A stretch of DNA of 44,786 bases from an uncultured Gammaproteobacteria bacterium (lineage in GTDB: Bacteria > Patescibacteriota > Patescibacteriia > UBA1558 > S5-K13). A model generated the notes under the pieces. It searched no databases and was not told the origin of the DNA. It saw only the letters and a program-made list of their open reading frames with translations. The translations under genes and the position numbers were made by a program. The stretch spans positions 1 to 44,786 of the forward strand of contig CAZWKI010000004.1 of NCBI GenBank assembly GCA_964634645.1. Direction: 5' to 3'. Positions 42,870-44,786 of this stretch are shown in pieces (position 1 is the first letter of the stretch; every line of letters starts with the position of its first letter).

Positions 42870-44507
42870 TTATCGTGTCTCGTTTGTCTCATTCTGCATT
42901 TTAGACCCGACCGATGTGCCTAATTTATAATGCCAAAAAGATCTCAAGAAAGCCCATGGACATTGTATACACATAGTTGCGAGAGCACGCCAGTGTACCA
43001 GAATTAAACTTTCAGGAATTTTGCCGACCGAATTGGCAGCGCGAAGCGCGGAAAGGTATGGAAACACTGGCTCGCCGCGCACGGCGCGGCTCGCCAAGCG
43101 CAGGTTCGAGTCAAAGATTTCTTTGGCAGCAACCTTCTTTTGAAGAAGGTTGTTATCCCTTGTGATTTTGACGAGGTTTGAAGCGACTTTTATCCATTCT
43201 TTCATCGGTTCGAGCCAATCATTCTGCTTTTGTTCAATCCGCGCCATTTTCTCTTCCAGCGACTTCTTTTCGGAGAGTAAGACGGCTTTCTGTTCTCGAT
43301 AGTCCTCACTCTCAATATCTTGTTCTAAATAGCCGTCCAGAAGTCGCTGGAGTTTGATTTGTATAGCGCGGATTTTGTTTTGGCTTTCCTGAACAAAAGC
43401 AGAAACGGATTGGGCGGACTTTTCTTTGTCAGCTTCTGCCATTTTCAAAAGTTTTTCCGCCCAATCCGCACGCAAAGAAAATTTTTGAAGCAGAGAGGAA
43501 ATTTGCTTGTCCAATTCCTCTTGGCGAATACAGGGTTCGGGACATTTGATTGCTTTGTTCTTTTTCGTGCAGTGGTAATAAATATAATCGTGAGTATTGC
43601 CATTCTTTTGCTTTTTAACCCTGTATTCGCCAGTAATGGACATTCCGCAAGTGCCACATTTCAATAGTCCGCAAAAATCTCGCGGTTCATACTTTGTTTT
43701 GTGGTGAGGCCGTCCTCTCTGCTTCAAAACCTCTTGGACTTTGTCAAAAATTTTCTTTGCGATGATTGGCTCGTGCTTGCCTTCGTGCAATTCTTTGGAA
43801 TAGCGAAATAATCCTGTGTAAAACGGATTTGAAAGGATAAAAGTCGCCCTCGTCTTGTGGATTCTCTTTCCGCCACGGGACATAATCCCGCGTTGCGCCA
43901 AAAAGTCGGAAATATCCTCAAGCCGCGAATTGCCCTCTGCGTATAACTCAAAGGCCCCGCGAATGATTTTTGCTTTCTTCCTATCCACCACTACTGATTT
44001 TGTGCGGCTGTCATTTATGTAGCCGATTGGCGCGGGGCCAGGATATTCTCCGCGCTTCACTTTTTGGCGCAAGCCACGCTTCGTGTTTTCGGAAAGAGAA
44101 TCAACATAGTATTTGCTTTGCCCAAATACAATGTTCAACATAAATTTTCCTTGCGGGGTATTTTCGAACCACAAAGTTGGAAATTTCAAACTGGCTAATT
44201 TACCAATGTCCAAAAGATAAATAATACGCCCGCCGTCCACGGAATTGCGCGCCAATCTGTCTGCGTGCCAAGCCAAAATTCCGTTGGCCTCGCCTTGCTC
44301 AATTTTGTTCAGCATTTCGCTAAATATCGGTCTGCCCGAAATTTTGGCGGATTGCTTCTCTATCAAAACATCTATCACATTCAGATTTTCTTGCTTGGCA
44401 AAGGCGCGCAATTCTGCGATCTGGTCTTCAATAGACCTAACTTGCTTATCTTCCACATCAGTGGACTTGCGGGCGTAAAGGAAAAATTTATGTTGTTCCA
44501 TATTCAT
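42870..44507 (-). CDS. Large serine recombinase (GC-richer paralogue); the annotated C-terminal tail is probably not native
   Basis: FFLYARKSTDVEDKQ contains the catalytic Ser, and the zinc ribbon is CGTCGMSITGE...YYHCTKK. The protein is colinear with the 35669-36988 protein up to ...SNLRL. The last ~80 residues are read through the inverted repeat and its flank. Confidence 0.85.
   Translation of the reverse strand: MNMEQHKFFLYARKSTDVEDKQVRSIEDQIAELRAFAKQENLNVIDVLIEKQSAKISGRPIFSEMLNKIEQGEANGILAWHADRLARNSVDGGRIIYLLDIGKLASLKFPTLWFENTPQGKFMLNIVFGQSKYYVDSLSENTKRGLRQKVKRGEYPGPAPIGYINDSRTKSVVVDRKKAKIIRGAFELYAEGNSRLEDISDFLAQRGIMSRGGKRIHKTRATFILSNPFYTGLFRYSKELHEGKHEPIIAKKIFDKVQEVLKQRGRPHHKTKYEPRDFCGLLKCGTCGMSITGEYRVKKQKNGNTHDYIYYHCTKKNKAIKCPEPCIRQEELDKQISSLLQKFSLRADWAEKLLKMAEADKEKSAQSVSAFVQESQNKIRAIQIKLQRLLDGYLEQDIESEDYREQKAVLLSEKKSLEEKMARIEQKQNDWLEPMKEWIKVASNLVKITRDNNLLQKKVAAKEIFDSNLRLASRAVRGEPVFPYLSALRAANSVGKIPESLILVHWRALATMCIQCPWAFLRSFWHYKLGTSVGSKMQNETNETR
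42997..43109. repeat. 113-bp perfect inverted repeat, arm A (inside the recombinase 3' end)
   Basis: By my manual base-by-base comparison, the reverse complement of 44552-44664 is identical to 42997-43109. Confidence 0.9.
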
Positions 44508-44551
44508 ATTATTTTATTAGGCAAAGCAAATACTTAAAATCGCAAGGGATT

Positions 44552-44664
44552 TCGAACCTGCGCTTGGCGAGCCGCGCCGTGCGCGGCGAGCCAGTGTTTC
44601 CATACCTTTCCGCGCTTCGCGCTGCCAATTCGGTCGGCAAAATTCCTGAAAGTTTAATTCTGGT
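44552..44664. repeat. 113-bp perfect inverted repeat, arm B (upstream of the recombinase start)
   Basis: See arm A. The interior between the arms is 43110-44551. Confidence 0.9.
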
Positions 44665-44786
44665 GCGTTTGTTTGACGAAATCCGAACCTTTTTTGAACG
44701 GAACTGACGGCGCGCTTCGCGCACCGAACTGAACGCTCGGGCGGGCAAAAAGGAAGGGGGTTGGGGGGAAGGAATTTTTGCCCGCC

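Larger units (their letters stand above)
36989..44664. mobile_element. Putative island module 2 (cargo plus second large serine recombinase)
   Basis: A second recombinase paralogue lies in the same orientation, 5.9 kb from the first. The cargo is of phage/plasmid and defence type. Boundaries are not defined. Confidence 0.35.

Noticed and set aside
42977-43165. ORFs 42977-43165 (+) and 44509-44748 (-), which encode similar Arg/Ala-rich peptides.
   Set aside because: Both are read-outs of the two arms of the 113-bp inverted repeat in a non-recombinase frame. Their similarity is a consequence of the repeat, not evidence of a gene family.
44541-44572. tRNA T-arm-like sequence (- strand gcaggttcgaaatccc) at the end of inverted-repeat arm B. 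It shares cgcaggttcga with the T arm of tRNA-Lys at 29259-29269, hinting at a tRNA-derived att site.
   Set aside because: Only an 11-nt identity. No complete cloverleaf can be folded around it, and the stem pairing is imperfect. I cannot distinguish it from chance without a search.
44740-44786. 12-bp stem hairpin (ggcgggcaaaaa/tttttgcccgcc) with a G-rich 23-nt loop at the very end of the window.
   Set aside because: It is truncated by the window edge. It cannot be told apart from a terminator, a repeat unit or an assembly-end artefact, and has no partner feature inside the window.

Overview
The window is a very AT-rich bacterial contig (G+C judged by eye, not computed) that uses standard stop codons. 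Its gene content and style resemble a Candidate Phyla Radiation (Parcubacteria/Microgenomates-like) genome. All product calls come from motifs I recognise in the supplied translations; no database search was run.

Positions 1-29.3 kb look like core chromosome:
- tsaE and tsaD, a membrane-anchored Memo-AMMECR1 fusion, and trigger factor.
- A class III ribonucleotide reductase locus: NrdR-box-like sites, nrdD, a separately encoded glycyl-radical tail, and nrdG.
- tRNA-Gly, an HMA metallochaperone, a RayT/IS200-like Y1 transposase, ruvC and yebC.
- An envelope glycoconjugate cluster (12.2-20.5 kb): two GT-C membrane transferases, two GT2 polyprenyl-phosphate sugar synthases (one broken), a GDPD-like protein, PGI/PMI and an LtaS-like protein.
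- A co-directional block of galU, a solute-binding lipoprotein and eight tandem VirB2/TrbC-like two-TM pilin paralogues (20.6-24.6 kb).
- rluD, gmk, tRNA-Arg and tRNA-Lys.

From tRNA-Lys (29.28 kb) to the window end the content switches to a composite mobile/defence island:
- A SIR2-like gene translationally coupled to an unknown partner.
- A three-gene nuclease operon (a PD-(D/E)xK protein, a LAGLIDADG-like + Zn-ribbon + NucS-like PD-(D/E)xK protein, and an inactivated paralogue) packed convergently against two DNA methyltransferases.
- A large serine recombinase.
- An EEP nuclease, an HTH protein and a ParB-methyltransferase fusion.
- A minimal CBASS-like pair (SMODS/CD-NTase plus a 2TM beta-rich effector) and a DUF3644-like gene.
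- A second, visibly more GC-rich large serine recombinase bracketed by a perfect 113-bp inverted repeat.

The observations best supported directly by the sequence are:
- A ~150-nt structured RNA leader present twice (about 600-760 and 37,100-37,273) with compensatory base changes in three helices.
- The split nrdD.
- The pilin array, with an 8-Cys module and a 120-bp identical segment.
- REP-like GC-rich hairpins with GTAG flanks, one of which is embedded as a protein linker.
- The uncharacterised SIR2 pair and the nuclease/methylase cassette.
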